Shown here: positions 51,048 through 60,051 of the stretch, piece after piece
Numbering within the stretch: position 1 is the stretch's first letter
How the letters are laid out: each line of letters starts with the position of its first letter
From: Armatimonadota bacterium
GTDB taxonomy: Bacteria; Armatimonadota; UBA10988
Assembly: GCA_016235455.1 (NCBI GenBank)
Contig: JACRKZ010000138.1
Span: 1 to 64,000, forward strand
Reading direction: 5' to 3'
DNA: 64,000 nucleotides
The notes under the pieces: model-generated
The model's database searches: none
Seen by the model: only the letters and a program-made list of their open reading frames with translations
What the model was told of the DNA's origin: nothing
Position numbers and translations under genes: made by a program

Positions 51048-52217
51048 ATGCAGAGCTACGAACTACGCTATGGGGTCAACCCCAACCAGAAGCCGGCCCG
51101 GGTCGTTGCCGAGTCAGGTGACCTGCCGTTCGAAGTGCTCAGCGGGTCGCCCGGCTACATCAACCTGCTGGATGCGTTCAACGCCTGGATGCTCGTGTGC
51201 GAGCTGCGGACCTCGCTGGGTCTGCCCGCGGCGACCAGTTTCAAGCATGTCAGCCCGGCCGGCGCCGCCGTGGGCACGCCGCTGAGCCCCGAGCTGGCCC
51301 GCGCTTACTTCGTCGACGACATGGAGCTGACACCGCAGGCCGCCGCCTACGCCCGCGCGCGCGGCGCCGACGCCATGTCCAGCTTCGGCGACTGCGCCGC
51401 GCTGTCCGACATCTGCGACGTGGCCACGGCCAAGCTGCTCAAGCGCGAGGTCAGCGATGTGGTCGTCGCGCCCGACTATGAGCCCGAGGCGCTGGAGATC
51501 CTGCGCGCCAAGAAGGGCGGCAAGTACGTGGTCCTCCGGATGGACCCCAGCTACCAGCCGCCGACGCTGGACCGCCGCACCGTGTTCGGCGTGGCTTTCG
51601 AGCAGCCGCGCAACGACTGCCTCCTGGCCGACAACCTGTTCGCCAACATCGTCACCCAGGACAAGGAACTGCCCGAGAGCGCTCGGCGTGACCTGCTGGT
51701 GGCCACCATCACGCTCAAATACACCCAGTCCAACTCGGTCTGCTACGCCTACGATGGCCAGGTCATCGGTAACGGCGCAGGCCAGCAGTCGCGCGTCCAT
51801 TGCACGCGGCTGGCCGGCGACAAGGCCGACCTGTGGTGGTTGCGACAGCATCCGCGCACGTTGGACATGCAGTTCCGCGCCGGCCTGCCGCGCGCGGAGA
51901 AGAACAACGCCGTCGACCGCTTCCTGCTGCCCGAGCTGAGCGGCGCCGAGGAGGCGGCCTGGCGCAGCGCATTCGACCAGGTGCCCGCCCGCTTCACGCG
52001 CGAGGAGCGCCGCGCCTGGCTGGACAGCAAGTCCGGCGTGGCCATCAGCAGCGATGCCTTCTTCCCCTTCCGCGACAACATCGACCGCGCCGCGTCCAGC
52101 GGCGTGAAGTATGTGCTGGAAGCCGGCGGCTCGCTGCGCGACGACGAAGTCATCGCCGCGGCCGACGAGTATGGCATGGTCATGGGCTTCACCGGCGTGC
52201 GCCTGTTCCACCATTGA
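51048..52217 (+). CDS. purH: AICAR formyltransferase, monofunctional PurH-like (no N-terminal IMP cyclohydrolase domain)
   Basis: LRYGVNPNQ, YINLLDA, SFKHVSPAG, KYTQSNSV, GAGQQSR, SDAFFPF, GVRLFHH; only 389 aa. Confidence 0.9.
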   Translation: MQSYELRYGVNPNQKPARVVAESGDLPFEVLSGSPGYINLLDAFNAWMLVCELRTSLGLPAATSFKHVSPAGAAVGTPLSPELARAYFVDDMELTPQAAAYARARGADAMSSFGDCAALSDICDVATAKLLKREVSDVVVAPDYEPEALEILRAKKGGKYVVLRMDPSYQPPTLDRRTVFGVAFEQPRNDCLLADNLFANIVTQDKELPESARRDLLVATITLKYTQSNSVCYAYDGQVIGNGAGQQSRVHCTRLAGDKADLWWLRQHPRTLDMQFRAGLPRAEKNNAVDRFLLPELSGAEEAAWRSAFDQVPARFTREERRAWLDSKSGVAISSDAFFPFRDNIDRAASSGVKYVLEAGGSLRDDEVIAAADEYGMVMGFTGVRLFHH

Positions 52218-52266
52218 TCCATGATGAGCTGTGTGCCACCTTGGGCACGGGAGCCGATGCGGCGCT

Positions 52267-53541
52267 ATGAGTGATCCTGTCGACGCCCTGGTGGGCAAGC
52301 GCAAACGTGAGATGGACGGACCGGACAGCGCACACAGCGTGGGCTGGACGAGGCCGCGCCACGCCGAACTGGCCGACGAGGCCAACCCGCTCCTGCTCGA
52401 ATGCGGCCAGAGCATCTGGCCGGTGACGGTCGAGTACGAGCTGTATGGCGAGCTGTCGCCCGCGCGCGACAACGTGATCATGATTTTCCACGCGCTCAGC
52501 GGCGACGCCCATGTCGCCGGCTGGGACGCCACGTGGCAGGAGCATGGCCGGCCATGGCGCGCCTGGCCCGACGGCAAGAGCCCCAACTGGTGGGACAGCA
52601 TGGTCGGGCCGGGCAAGGCTTTCGACACAAGCCGCTACTGCGTGCTCTGCGCCAACGTGCTGGGCAGCTGCTACGGCACCACTGGCCCGTCATCGACTAA
52701 CCCGGCCACGGGCCGACCCTATGGCGTGGAGTTCCCACCGGTCACCGTGGGTGACTGGGTCAAGCTGCACGCGCGCCTGCTCGACCATCTGGGCATCGAC
52801 CAGCTGCTGTTGGCCGTGGGCGGCTCGCTGGGTGGACAGCAGGTCATCGAGCTAGGCCTGGCCTTCCCCGATCGAGCCAAGGGACTGGCTGTGCTGGCCG
52901 CCTCCCCGCAACTCTCCAACCAGGGCGTGGCCCTCAACTATGCCGCGCGGCAGGCCATCGTCAACGACCCGTGCTTCGCCTCGGGTCAGTACTACGGCTG
53001 CTGCCGGCCCGAGGCCGGGCTGGGCATCGCGCGCATGATCGGCCACATCACCTACCTGTCCGAGATGGGCATGGAGGCGCGATTCGACTCCGGCCGCAAG
53101 AAGCCCGACGAACTGCGCTGCGACCTGTTCAACCCGCACGAGCGCGCGCTGGGCGACGGCTCGGGCTTCATCGCGCATAACGAGTTCGAGGTGGAGAGCT
53201 ACCTCACCCGCCAGGCGCTGGGCTTCAATGAGCGGTTCGACGCCAACTCGTACTTGTACATCACCAAGGCCATGGACTACTACGATGCGGCCCAGTGGGG
53301 CGACGGCGATCTGGTGAAGGCCATGGCCCGGGCCCGGGGCGACTGGCTGGTGGCGTCGTTCACCAGCGACTGGCTGTACACGCCGGCGGGCTGCCGGCGG
53401 CTGGCCGATGCGCTGTGCGTGAACCTCAAGCCGGTGACGTACGTGAACATCGAGTCCGGCTACGGGCACGATGCGTTCCTGCTGGAGGTGGACGTGCTGG
53501 AGCGGCTGCTGACCGGCTTCCTGAAAGGGCTACAGCGATGA
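52267..53541 (+). CDS. metX: Homoserine O-acetyltransferase
   Basis: HALSGDAH, NVLGSCYGTTGPSS, nucleophile GGSLGG, RFDANSY, GHDAFL. Confidence 0.92.
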   Translation: MSDPVDALVGKRKREMDGPDSAHSVGWTRPRHAELADEANPLLLECGQSIWPVTVEYELYGELSPARDNVIMIFHALSGDAHVAGWDATWQEHGRPWRAWPDGKSPNWWDSMVGPGKAFDTSRYCVLCANVLGSCYGTTGPSSTNPATGRPYGVEFPPVTVGDWVKLHARLLDHLGIDQLLLAVGGSLGGQQVIELGLAFPDRAKGLAVLAASPQLSNQGVALNYAARQAIVNDPCFASGQYYGCCRPEAGLGIARMIGHITYLSEMGMEARFDSGRKKPDELRCDLFNPHERALGDGSGFIAHNEFEVESYLTRQALGFNERFDANSYLYITKAMDYYDAAQWGDGDLVKAMARARGDWLVASFTSDWLYTPAGCRRLADALCVNLKPVTYVNIESGYGHDAFLLEVDVLERLLTGFLKGLQR

Positions 53542-54248
53542 CGCACCGCGACCTCATCCAGCAACTGATGCAGAGCAAGCCGCAGATGGCCGAAGCGGTG
53601 GCCTTCCTGGCCTCGATCGACACGCAGTTTGGCCAAGAGAGCGGCGGCACGCCGCGGCCGCGCTGGGATCACGACCTGATCGGCGATCTCATCCCCGACG
53701 GCAGCAGCGTGCTCGACCTGGGCTGCGGCGACGGCGCGCTACTGGAACGGCTGCAGGCCAAGGGCTGCCGCGGCCAAGGGCTGGAAGTGGACCAGGAGAG
53801 CATCGTGCGCTGCGTGGAGCGCGGCGTGCCGGTCATCCAGTCCGACCTCGACCATGCCCTACCCGGATTCCCCGACCAGAGCTTCGACTACGTGGTGCTC
53901 GAAGAGACGCTGCAGACCGTGCGCCTGCCCGAGGTGGTGCTGCGCGAGATGCTGCGCATCGGCCGCACGGGCATCGTCTCATTCCCCAACTTCGGCCACT
54001 GGTGGGTGCGCACGCAGTTGCTCATCGAGGGTCGCATGCCCATGACGCCGCAGCTGAGCAAGAACTGGTTCGAGACGGACAACATCCACCTCTTCACCAT
54101 CCGCGACTTTGAAGGTTGGTGCGCCGACCACGCGGTCACCATCCACCAGCGGTTCGCCTATGCCGAGGGGGCCTTCCACGACCTCATCCCGGCCGACAAC
54201 GTGCTGGCCGAAGAGGCGCTGTTCGTCATCGGCGCCGCCACCTCATAG
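53538..54248 (+). CDS. metW: Methionine biosynthesis protein MetW
   Basis: ATGA overlap with metX; VLDLGCGDG, SFDYVVL..TLQ, SFPNFGHW, NIHLFT. Confidence 0.9.
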   Translation: MTHRDLIQQLMQSKPQMAEAVAFLASIDTQFGQESGGTPRPRWDHDLIGDLIPDGSSVLDLGCGDGALLERLQAKGCRGQGLEVDQESIVRCVERGVPVIQSDLDHALPGFPDQSFDYVVLEETLQTVRLPEVVLREMLRIGRTGIVSFPNFGHWWVRTQLLIEGRMPMTPQLSKNWFETDNIHLFTIRDFEGWCADHAVTIHQRFAYAEGAFHDLIPADNVLAEEALFVIGAATS

Positions 54249-54303
54249 AAACGGTGTCAGGACCCGTTTTCAGCATGGTGGAAAACGGGTCTTGACACCG
54301 TTT
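54249..54303. repeat. 23-bp inverted repeat (REP-like family, copy 2); probable bidirectional terminator
   Basis: AAACGGTGTCAGGACCCGTTTTC ... GAAAACGGGTCTTGACACCGTTT fills the gap between the metW and lepA stop codons. Confidence 0.85.
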
Positions 54304-54304
54304 T

Positions 54305-56110
54305 CTAGCTGTCCTCGCTGCGCAGTACCGCCAGGAAGGCCTCCTGCGGGATTTCGATGCGGCCGACCTGCTTCATGCGCTTCTTGCCCTCTTTCTGCTT
54401 TTCGAGGAGCTTGCGCTTGCGGCTGATATCGCCGCCGTAGCACTTGGCGGTAACGTCCTTGCGGTAGGGCGCGACGCGGGCGCTGGCGATGATCTTGGCG
54501 CCGATGGAGCACTGGATGCGGATCTCGAACTGCTGCCGCGGCAGGAGTTCCTTCAGCCGGCGGCAGAGCTCGATGCCGCGATGCTGCGAGGTGGAGCGGT
54601 GCATGATGCACGACAGCGCGTCCACCGGCTCGAGGTTGATCATCAGATCCGTCTTGACCAGGTCCGATTCCTGATAGCCGTCGGGCTCGTAGTCCAGCGT
54701 CGCATAGCCGCGGCTGCGCGACTTGAGGCTGTCGAAGAAGTCATGCAGAATCTCCGACAGCGGCAGCCGGTAGACCAGCATGGTGCGCGTCGGCGTGGTG
54801 TACTCCATGGTCACCAGCTCACCGCGCCGGCCCTGGGCCAGGTCCATGCACGGGCCGACGAACTCGGGCGGCGTCATGATCACCGCGCGCACGATGGGCT
54901 CCTCGATGGAGTCGATCTTCTGCGGCTCGGGCAGGTTGGCCGGATTGTGGATCTCCAGGATCTCGCCGCTGGTGGTGAGCACCTGATAGACCACGCTGGC
55001 CGCGGTGCAGATGAGGTCGAGATTGAACTCACGCTCCAGCCGCTCCTGGACGATCTGCATGTGCAGCAGGCCGAGGAACCCGCAGCGGAAGCCCATACCC
55101 AGCGCGGCCGAGGTCTCCGGCTCGTAGCTGAGCGCGGCGTCGTTGAGTTGCAGCCGTTCCAGCGCCTCGCGCAGGTCGTGGTACTCGGGCGAGTTGACCG
55201 GGTAGAGCCCCGAGAAGACCATCGACTTGGCCGGCTGATAGCCGGGCAGCGGCTCGGGCGCCGGGTGCTCGGCATCGGTCACCGTGTCGCCCACGCGCGT
55301 GTCAGCCACGGTGCGGATGTTGGCCACGATGTAGCCCACATCGCCGGGTTCCAGCGTGTTGACTACCTTCGGGGCCGGCTCGAACACGCCGAGTTCGTCG
55401 ATGTCGAACGTCTTGCCGTTACTCATCATCTGGATGGTCTGACCCTTGGTCAGCGCACCGTCGATGACCCGCACGTACGGCACTGCGCCGCGGTAGATGT
55501 CGAACTTGGAGTCGAAGATGAGCGCCTTCGTCGGGCCGCCGACCTTGGTCTTGGGGGCCGGCAGGTACTTGACGATGGCTTCGAGCAACTGCTCGATGTT
55601 GGTGCCATTGCGCGCCGAGACCGGCACGGCATGGTCGGCCGGGATGTTGAGGATCTCCTCGATCTGGTCCTTGCAGCGCTCGACATCCGCCGAGGCCAGG
55701 TCGATCTTGTTGATCACCGGCAGCACGGTCAGCCCGGCGGCCTCGGCCAGGTGGTAGTTGGCGATGGTCTGCGCTTCCACGCCCTGGCTGGCGTCGACCA
55801 CCAGCAGCGCGCCTTCGCAGGCCTGGAGCGCGCGGCTGACTTCGTACGAAAAGTCCACGTGGCCGGGCGTGTCGATCAGGTTCAGCGTGTAGGTCTGGCC
55901 ATCGACGGCGCGGTACGGCAGCCGGACCGCGGCGGCCTTGATGGTAATGCCGCGCTCGCGCTCGATATCCATGCTGTCGAGCATCTGGTCGCGCATGTGC
56001 CGCGTGTCCACCGTGCCGGCGACATCGATGATGCGGTCGGCCAAGGTCGACTTGCCGTGGTCGATGTGGGCCACGATGCAGAAACAGCGAGTACGGTCGA
56101 GATCGGGCAT
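54305..56110 (-). CDS. lepA: Elongation factor 4 (LepA)
   Basis: [62 protein letters not shown]. Confidence 0.98.
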   Translation of the reverse strand: MPDLDRTRCFCIVAHIDHGKSTLADRIIDVAGTVDTRHMRDQMLDSMDIERERGITIKAAAVRLPYRAVDGQTYTLNLIDTPGHVDFSYEVSRALQACEGALLVVDASQGVEAQTIANYHLAEAAGLTVLPVINKIDLASADVERCKDQIEEILNIPADHAVPVSARNGTNIEQLLEAIVKYLPAPKTKVGGPTKALIFDSKFDIYRGAVPYVRVIDGALTKGQTIQMMSNGKTFDIDELGVFEPAPKVVNTLEPGDVGYIVANIRTVADTRVGDTVTDAEHPAPEPLPGYQPAKSMVFSGLYPVNSPEYHDLREALERLQLNDAALSYEPETSAALGMGFRCGFLGLLHMQIVQERLEREFNLDLICTAASVVYQVLTTSGEILEIHNPANLPEPQKIDSIEEPIVRAVIMTPPEFVGPCMDLAQGRRGELVTMEYTTPTRTMLVYRLPLSEILHDFFDSLKSRSRGYATLDYEPDGYQESDLVKTDLMINLEPVDALSCIMHRSTSQHRGIELCRRLKELLPRQQFEIRIQCSIGAKIIASARVAPYRKDVTAKCYGGDISRKRKLLEKQKEGKKRMKQVGRIEIPQEAFLAVLRSEDS

Positions 56111-56148
56111 GGGGATCCTGTGTCTCCGGCCGGGCCGGAACTGCCCGC

Positions 56149-56177
56149 ATTGTACGGTCGAGTGGGGTTGTGGTCAA
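56149..56177 (-). promoter_or_regulatory. lepA sigma70 promoter
   Basis: TTGACC, 17 nt, TACAAT. Confidence 0.7.
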
Positions 56178-56233
56178 CGAAACGCCCGTGGCGGAGGCCA
56201 CGGAACCGCTTCTGGCCCTCGCTCGACAGACAG

Positions 56234-56265
56234 CCCGTGGCCCGGCGGTTGGGCCGGGCCACGGG
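56234..56265 (-). terminator. Hairpin downstream of the Pro/Gly-rich gene
   Basis: CCCGTGGCCCGGC ... GCCGGGCCACGGG, 13-bp stem. Confidence 0.55.
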
Positions 56266-56299
56266 TGGTGGGGTCGATGCTGCTTGGCGGTTGTGTTCT

Positions 56300-57901
56300 C
56301 TATTCCGGCTTCTTGGCCCCGCGGATGATGCCGTCCACCGGGTCATTGTAGCCTCCACCGTTGTAGTAGCCGCCGCCGTTGTAGTAGCCGCCACCGTTGT
56401 AGCTGTCGGTCGGCCGGTTGTAGTCATACGGCTGATCCGGGTAGTTGGGCCGCGAACCCAGATACAGGTAGCGGTCGCCGCCGATGCTCTCCAGGTCCTC
56501 GCGTTCGATGCGGGTGGTGCCGGAGAAGTACTGGTAGCCCCAGCCGTTCGGCGCGATAGCGTCGATGGCCATGCGCAGGTACTGCGGCGGGTAGTGCAGC
56601 CGCCACACGGCGCGGTTGGGCCGGTTCTCGGTCTCGTAGGTGGCCGGATCGAGGCGGACGATGCGCCAGCCCTCAGGCAGTACGTCGGTGACGTCCACGC
56701 GGCTGATGCCAGTGCGCGGCAGGCTCAGCGTCAGTTCGATGCGCACCGTCTGTCCGGGCATCACCGTGCGCGGCATGCGCCGGGTCATGATCTTGTAGGC
56801 GTCATAGCTCGTGCCGCCGCCGTAGTTGCCGTCACCGTAGCTGTAGGTGCTCTGGCAGAGCGGGGTCAGCCGCGCTTCCAGCGTGCGCCCAGGCCGGATG
56901 GCCGCGGGCACTTCACGAATGGACTGCGAGCCACCGCGAGTGACCACGGAGAAGGAGCGCAACGTGCCGCCTCGGCCACTGCGGTCGTAGATGCGCAGGT
57001 ACCACTCGTGTCGGCCGTCAAGGAACTGCTCCCAGCCGCGCAGGCTGGTTCGGCCGATGCTCTGGCCACGGCGCTCGCCCCAGCTCCGCACGATGTCCAC
57101 GCCCTCGTTGCGGAAGGTGATCGGGATATCGCGCACCATGCCATCGGTGGTGCCCAGGTAAGCGATCACGTCGCTCGGGGACATGTTGTCCAGCACCGCC
57201 TCGGCGTATGGCACCCGCCGGTCGCTGTTGTAGTTGTAGTCGTTGTCATACGGGTCCGGCCGCGGGCAGCCGAGGATGATGTTCCAGTCGATGTCCCAGC
57301 CGTGGTCGGGCCGACCCGGTCCACCGGGGCGGTAGCCGCCGTTGTAGCCAGGGCCACCATAGCCCGGACCGCCATAGCCGGGGCCGCCGTAACCCGGACC
57401 GCCATGGCCAGGGCCGTCAGGTCGGCCGGGGCCACCGTAACCAGGGCCGTCAGGCCGGCCAGGCCCGCCGGGATTGCCGGGGCCGCCGTGGCCGGGACCG
57501 TAGCCAGAGCCGCCGGGTCCACCGCTGCCGGGCCCACCGGGCCGCGGGCCTTCGGGATGGCGGTTGTCCGCCGGCGGGTTTGGTGCCGTGGGCGGGGGAT
57601 CGTTCTTGGGCGGCGCGGGCGGCGGCTGGCGCCGGTCATCGTCGCGCGGGGCTTCGTTCTTTGGCGGCGGCGGTGGTGGCTGCCTGTCGCGCCTGTCGTC
57701 GTCGCGCTTGGTGTCGCTCTTGGGGGGCGGCGGCGGTGGCTGCTTGTCGCGCTTGTCGTCGTCGCGCTTGCTATCGCTCTTGGGCGGTGGGTCCTGGTTG
57801 CCGCGTGACGGCGTGCGACCAGCGCCCCTGTCCTGGGCGTTCGCAACGCTGGCCAAGGCCAGACCGACCGCCAACCATCCTGTCCAGCGTAGCTGCTTCA
57901 T
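56300..57901 (-). CDS. Secreted Pro/Gly-rich repeat protein with P-domain-like and DUF11/Ig-like modules
   Basis: AGGAGAGG RBS before ATG 57901; signal peptide; (KSDxKRDDDxRDxQPPPPPP)x3, GGPGY repeats, WYLRIYD...GTLRSFSV, VTDVLPEGW, (YNGGGY)x3. Confidence 0.75.
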   Translation of the reverse strand: MKQLRWTGWLAVGLALASVANAQDRGAGRTPSRGNQDPPPKSDSKRDDDKRDKQPPPPPPKSDTKRDDDRRDRQPPPPPPKNEAPRDDDRRQPPPAPPKNDPPPTAPNPPADNRHPEGPRPGGPGSGGPGGSGYGPGHGGPGNPGGPGRPDGPGYGGPGRPDGPGHGGPGYGGPGYGGPGYGGPGYNGGYRPGGPGRPDHGWDIDWNIILGCPRPDPYDNDYNYNSDRRVPYAEAVLDNMSPSDVIAYLGTTDGMVRDIPITFRNEGVDIVRSWGERRGQSIGRTSLRGWEQFLDGRHEWYLRIYDRSGRGGTLRSFSVVTRGGSQSIREVPAAIRPGRTLEARLTPLCQSTYSYGDGNYGGGTSYDAYKIMTRRMPRTVMPGQTVRIELTLSLPRTGISRVDVTDVLPEGWRIVRLDPATYETENRPNRAVWRLHYPPQYLRMAIDAIAPNGWGYQYFSGTTRIEREDLESIGGDRYLYLGSRPNYPDQPYDYNRPTDSYNGGGYYNGGGYYNGGGYNDPVDGIIRGAKKPE

Positions 57902-58032
57902 GGTCCTCTCCTTAGCTTTCGCTGATCCCAGGGACGTGCGCGGTCGACCCCACGTCAACGCGGCATGTGACGCAAGTGTGAAGGTGCCGCCGCGACTCCG
58001 CCGAACCCCGTCCCAGGAGTGCCGCCAACCCG

Positions 58033-59982
58033 ATGCAGCCGCCGCAGAGCACGTGCCAGCCCAGCGCCGCGCCGCTCTCCTGGTGGCGGTTCGCCCGCGC
58101 GGTGGTCACCGCCGGGCTGCTGCTGCCGCTCATGGCCTACTGGGCCGCCGACCAGGGCATCGACGTCATCCTCTCGCTCATGGTCCCGCCCATCGGCGCC
58201 ATTCTGCTGCTGGTCATGCTCAACCTGGCGCTGACCCGCGTCGTGCCCAAGCTGGCCTACAGCGTGGAGGAACTGATCCTGGTCTACGGCATGTTGGCCG
58301 TGGGCACCGCCGTGGCCTCGGAGTGGATGGACTGCATCACCAAGCAGGTCACCGGCTACGCGCTGTTCGCCACCGAGGGCAACCGCTTCGCCGAGCTGAT
58401 GAGCCCGCACCTGCCGCGCCTGCTGTTCTTCCGTGAGGATACGCACCTCAAGGACTACCTGGCCGGCGGCGGCGGCTGGGAGAGCCTGCGCGCCAACTGG
58501 CGCCTGTGGGCCCGACCCATCCTCGGCTGGACCTTCCTGACCAGCAGCCTGGCGCTGGCCATGCTCAGCATCAACAGCCTCATGCGCCGGCAATGGACGC
58601 AGCAGGAACGGCTGTCCTTCCCCTGCATCCAGTTCCCCTATGCGCTGGTCGAGGCGTCTGGCCCCAACCGCCCCTCGCTGTGGCGCGATCCGGCGCTGTG
58701 GTACGCCTTCGCGGCCATGGCGGCCATCGACTTCGCCAACGGCCTGTCCTTCCTCTACCCCGGCCTGCCGCGCATCAACGTGCGCTTCCTGGGCGACCTC
58801 AACCTGCTGTTCACCTCGCCGCCCTGGAACGCCACGGGCTGGACCCCGGTCGGCCTGTTCCCCTTCATCGTGGCCATGTCCACCTTCCTACCCACCGACC
58901 TCATGGCCTCGATGGTCGTCTTCTACTGGCTGCGCAAGGCCATGCAGATCGTCGCCTTCCAGATGGGCTACCCCCAAGGCGTGTTCGGCGGCGGCTACCT
59001 GGTGCCCAGCCCACCGTATTTCGGCGAGCAGACCTGGGGCGCATTCCTCGGTCTGTTCCTCACCGCGCTCTGGCTGGCCCGCGACCACCTGCGCGCCGCC
59101 TGGCAGCGCGTTCGCCTGGGCGGCAGCGACGAGGGCGATGTCAAGCCGCGCTGGGCGCTGGCCGGGCTGATAATTGGCTGGGCCGGCTGCGTGTTCGTCG
59201 GCCAGCTCTGCGGCCTGCCGGTCTGGTTCGGCATCCTCTACATCGGGCTGTTCCTGGCCTTCAGCACCGCCCTGACCCGGATGCGCGCCGAACTGGGTCC
59301 GCCGACGCACGAGATGGCCTGGCTGGGGCCCAACCAACTCGTGGTGGACCTGATGGGCACCCAGGGCATGACCCACCGCCGGCTGGTGGGCCTGAGCACC
59401 ACCTTCTACCTGTTCAACCGCATCCACCGCACCCACCCCATGCCGCACCAACTCGAAGGCATGAAGCTGGCCGAACGCGGCGGCGCCGACCAGCGTTGGA
59501 TGGCCGTGGCGCTGCTCCTGGCGGCCATCCTTGGCGCGCTGGCGGCGCATTGCGTGCGTATCTACCTGGGCTACCGCTGGGGCGCCGGTGGCGATGGCTG
59601 GGCTCAGACCAGCGTGGTCAACGACCTGCTCACCAACCCGCGCCGTCCCAACGCCACCGCCCTGGGCTTCGTGGGCGTCGGCGCGGGCACGGTGCTGCTG
59701 CTCAACCTGCTGCGCTTCCGCCTGGCCTGGTGGCCGCTGCATCCGGTGGGCTATGCGCTGGCCATGAACTTCGGCGTCGACTACTACTGGTTCTCACTGC
59801 TGGTGGCCATGGCGCTCAATCTGGCGCGTGCCGACGTATTCCATTTCGATCAATGGGCGGTTGGGGTGGATGCAGTAGAACATCGGCAGATTCCCTTGCG
59901 GACAGTCAGTTGGGATGGTACACTCCGCAGTGTTTTGTATGGCAATCGCAGTATCGGTGCATACCGAGCGGCTGCGACCTGA
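58033..59982 (+). CDS. DUF6785/DUF6784-like polytopic membrane protein whose C-terminus appears replaced by foreign sequence
   Basis: Many TM segments; QW..QERLSFP, RMRAELGPP, WWPLHPVGYA; host-like codon bias ends abruptly near 59820. Confidence 0.7.
   Translation: MQPPQSTCQPSAAPLSWWRFARAVVTAGLLLPLMAYWAADQGIDVILSLMVPPIGAILLLVMLNLALTRVVPKLAYSVEELILVYGMLAVGTAVASEWMDCITKQVTGYALFATEGNRFAELMSPHLPRLLFFREDTHLKDYLAGGGGWESLRANWRLWARPILGWTFLTSSLALAMLSINSLMRRQWTQQERLSFPCIQFPYALVEASGPNRPSLWRDPALWYAFAAMAAIDFANGLSFLYPGLPRINVRFLGDLNLLFTSPPWNATGWTPVGLFPFIVAMSTFLPTDLMASMVVFYWLRKAMQIVAFQMGYPQGVFGGGYLVPSPPYFGEQTWGAFLGLFLTALWLARDHLRAAWQRVRLGGSDEGDVKPRWALAGLIIGWAGCVFVGQLCGLPVWFGILYIGLFLAFSTALTRMRAELGPPTHEMAWLGPNQLVVDLMGTQGMTHRRLVGLSTTFYLFNRIHRTHPMPHQLEGMKLAERGGADQRWMAVALLLAAILGALAAHCVRIYLGYRWGAGGDGWAQTSVVNDLLTNPRRPNATALGFVGVGAGTVLLLNLLRFRLAWWPLHPVGYALAMNFGVDYYWFSLLVAMALNLARADVFHFDQWAVGVDAVEHRQIPLRTVSWDGTLRSVLYGNRSIGAYRAAAT
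59896..59924 (+). promoter_or_regulatory. Sigma70 promoter for the island operon
   Basis: TTGCGG, 17 nt, TACACT preceded by TG-g; about 130 nt before the KAP ATG. Confidence 0.55.
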
Positions 59983-60051
59983 CGTGCTCAGATCGAGGGC
60001 TGTGCTGTGGGGCGGACAGTCTGGGCGGGAGCAGCGCACACAGGAGGGGCG

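Noticed and set aside
52218-52266. Small hairpin GTGCC...GGCAC before metX as a SAM/SAH riboswitch
   Set aside because: Too short, with no recognisable consensus.
56340-57800. Tandem repeats as a CRISPR array
   Set aside because: They are in-frame coding repeats with no unique spacers, and there are no cas genes in the window.
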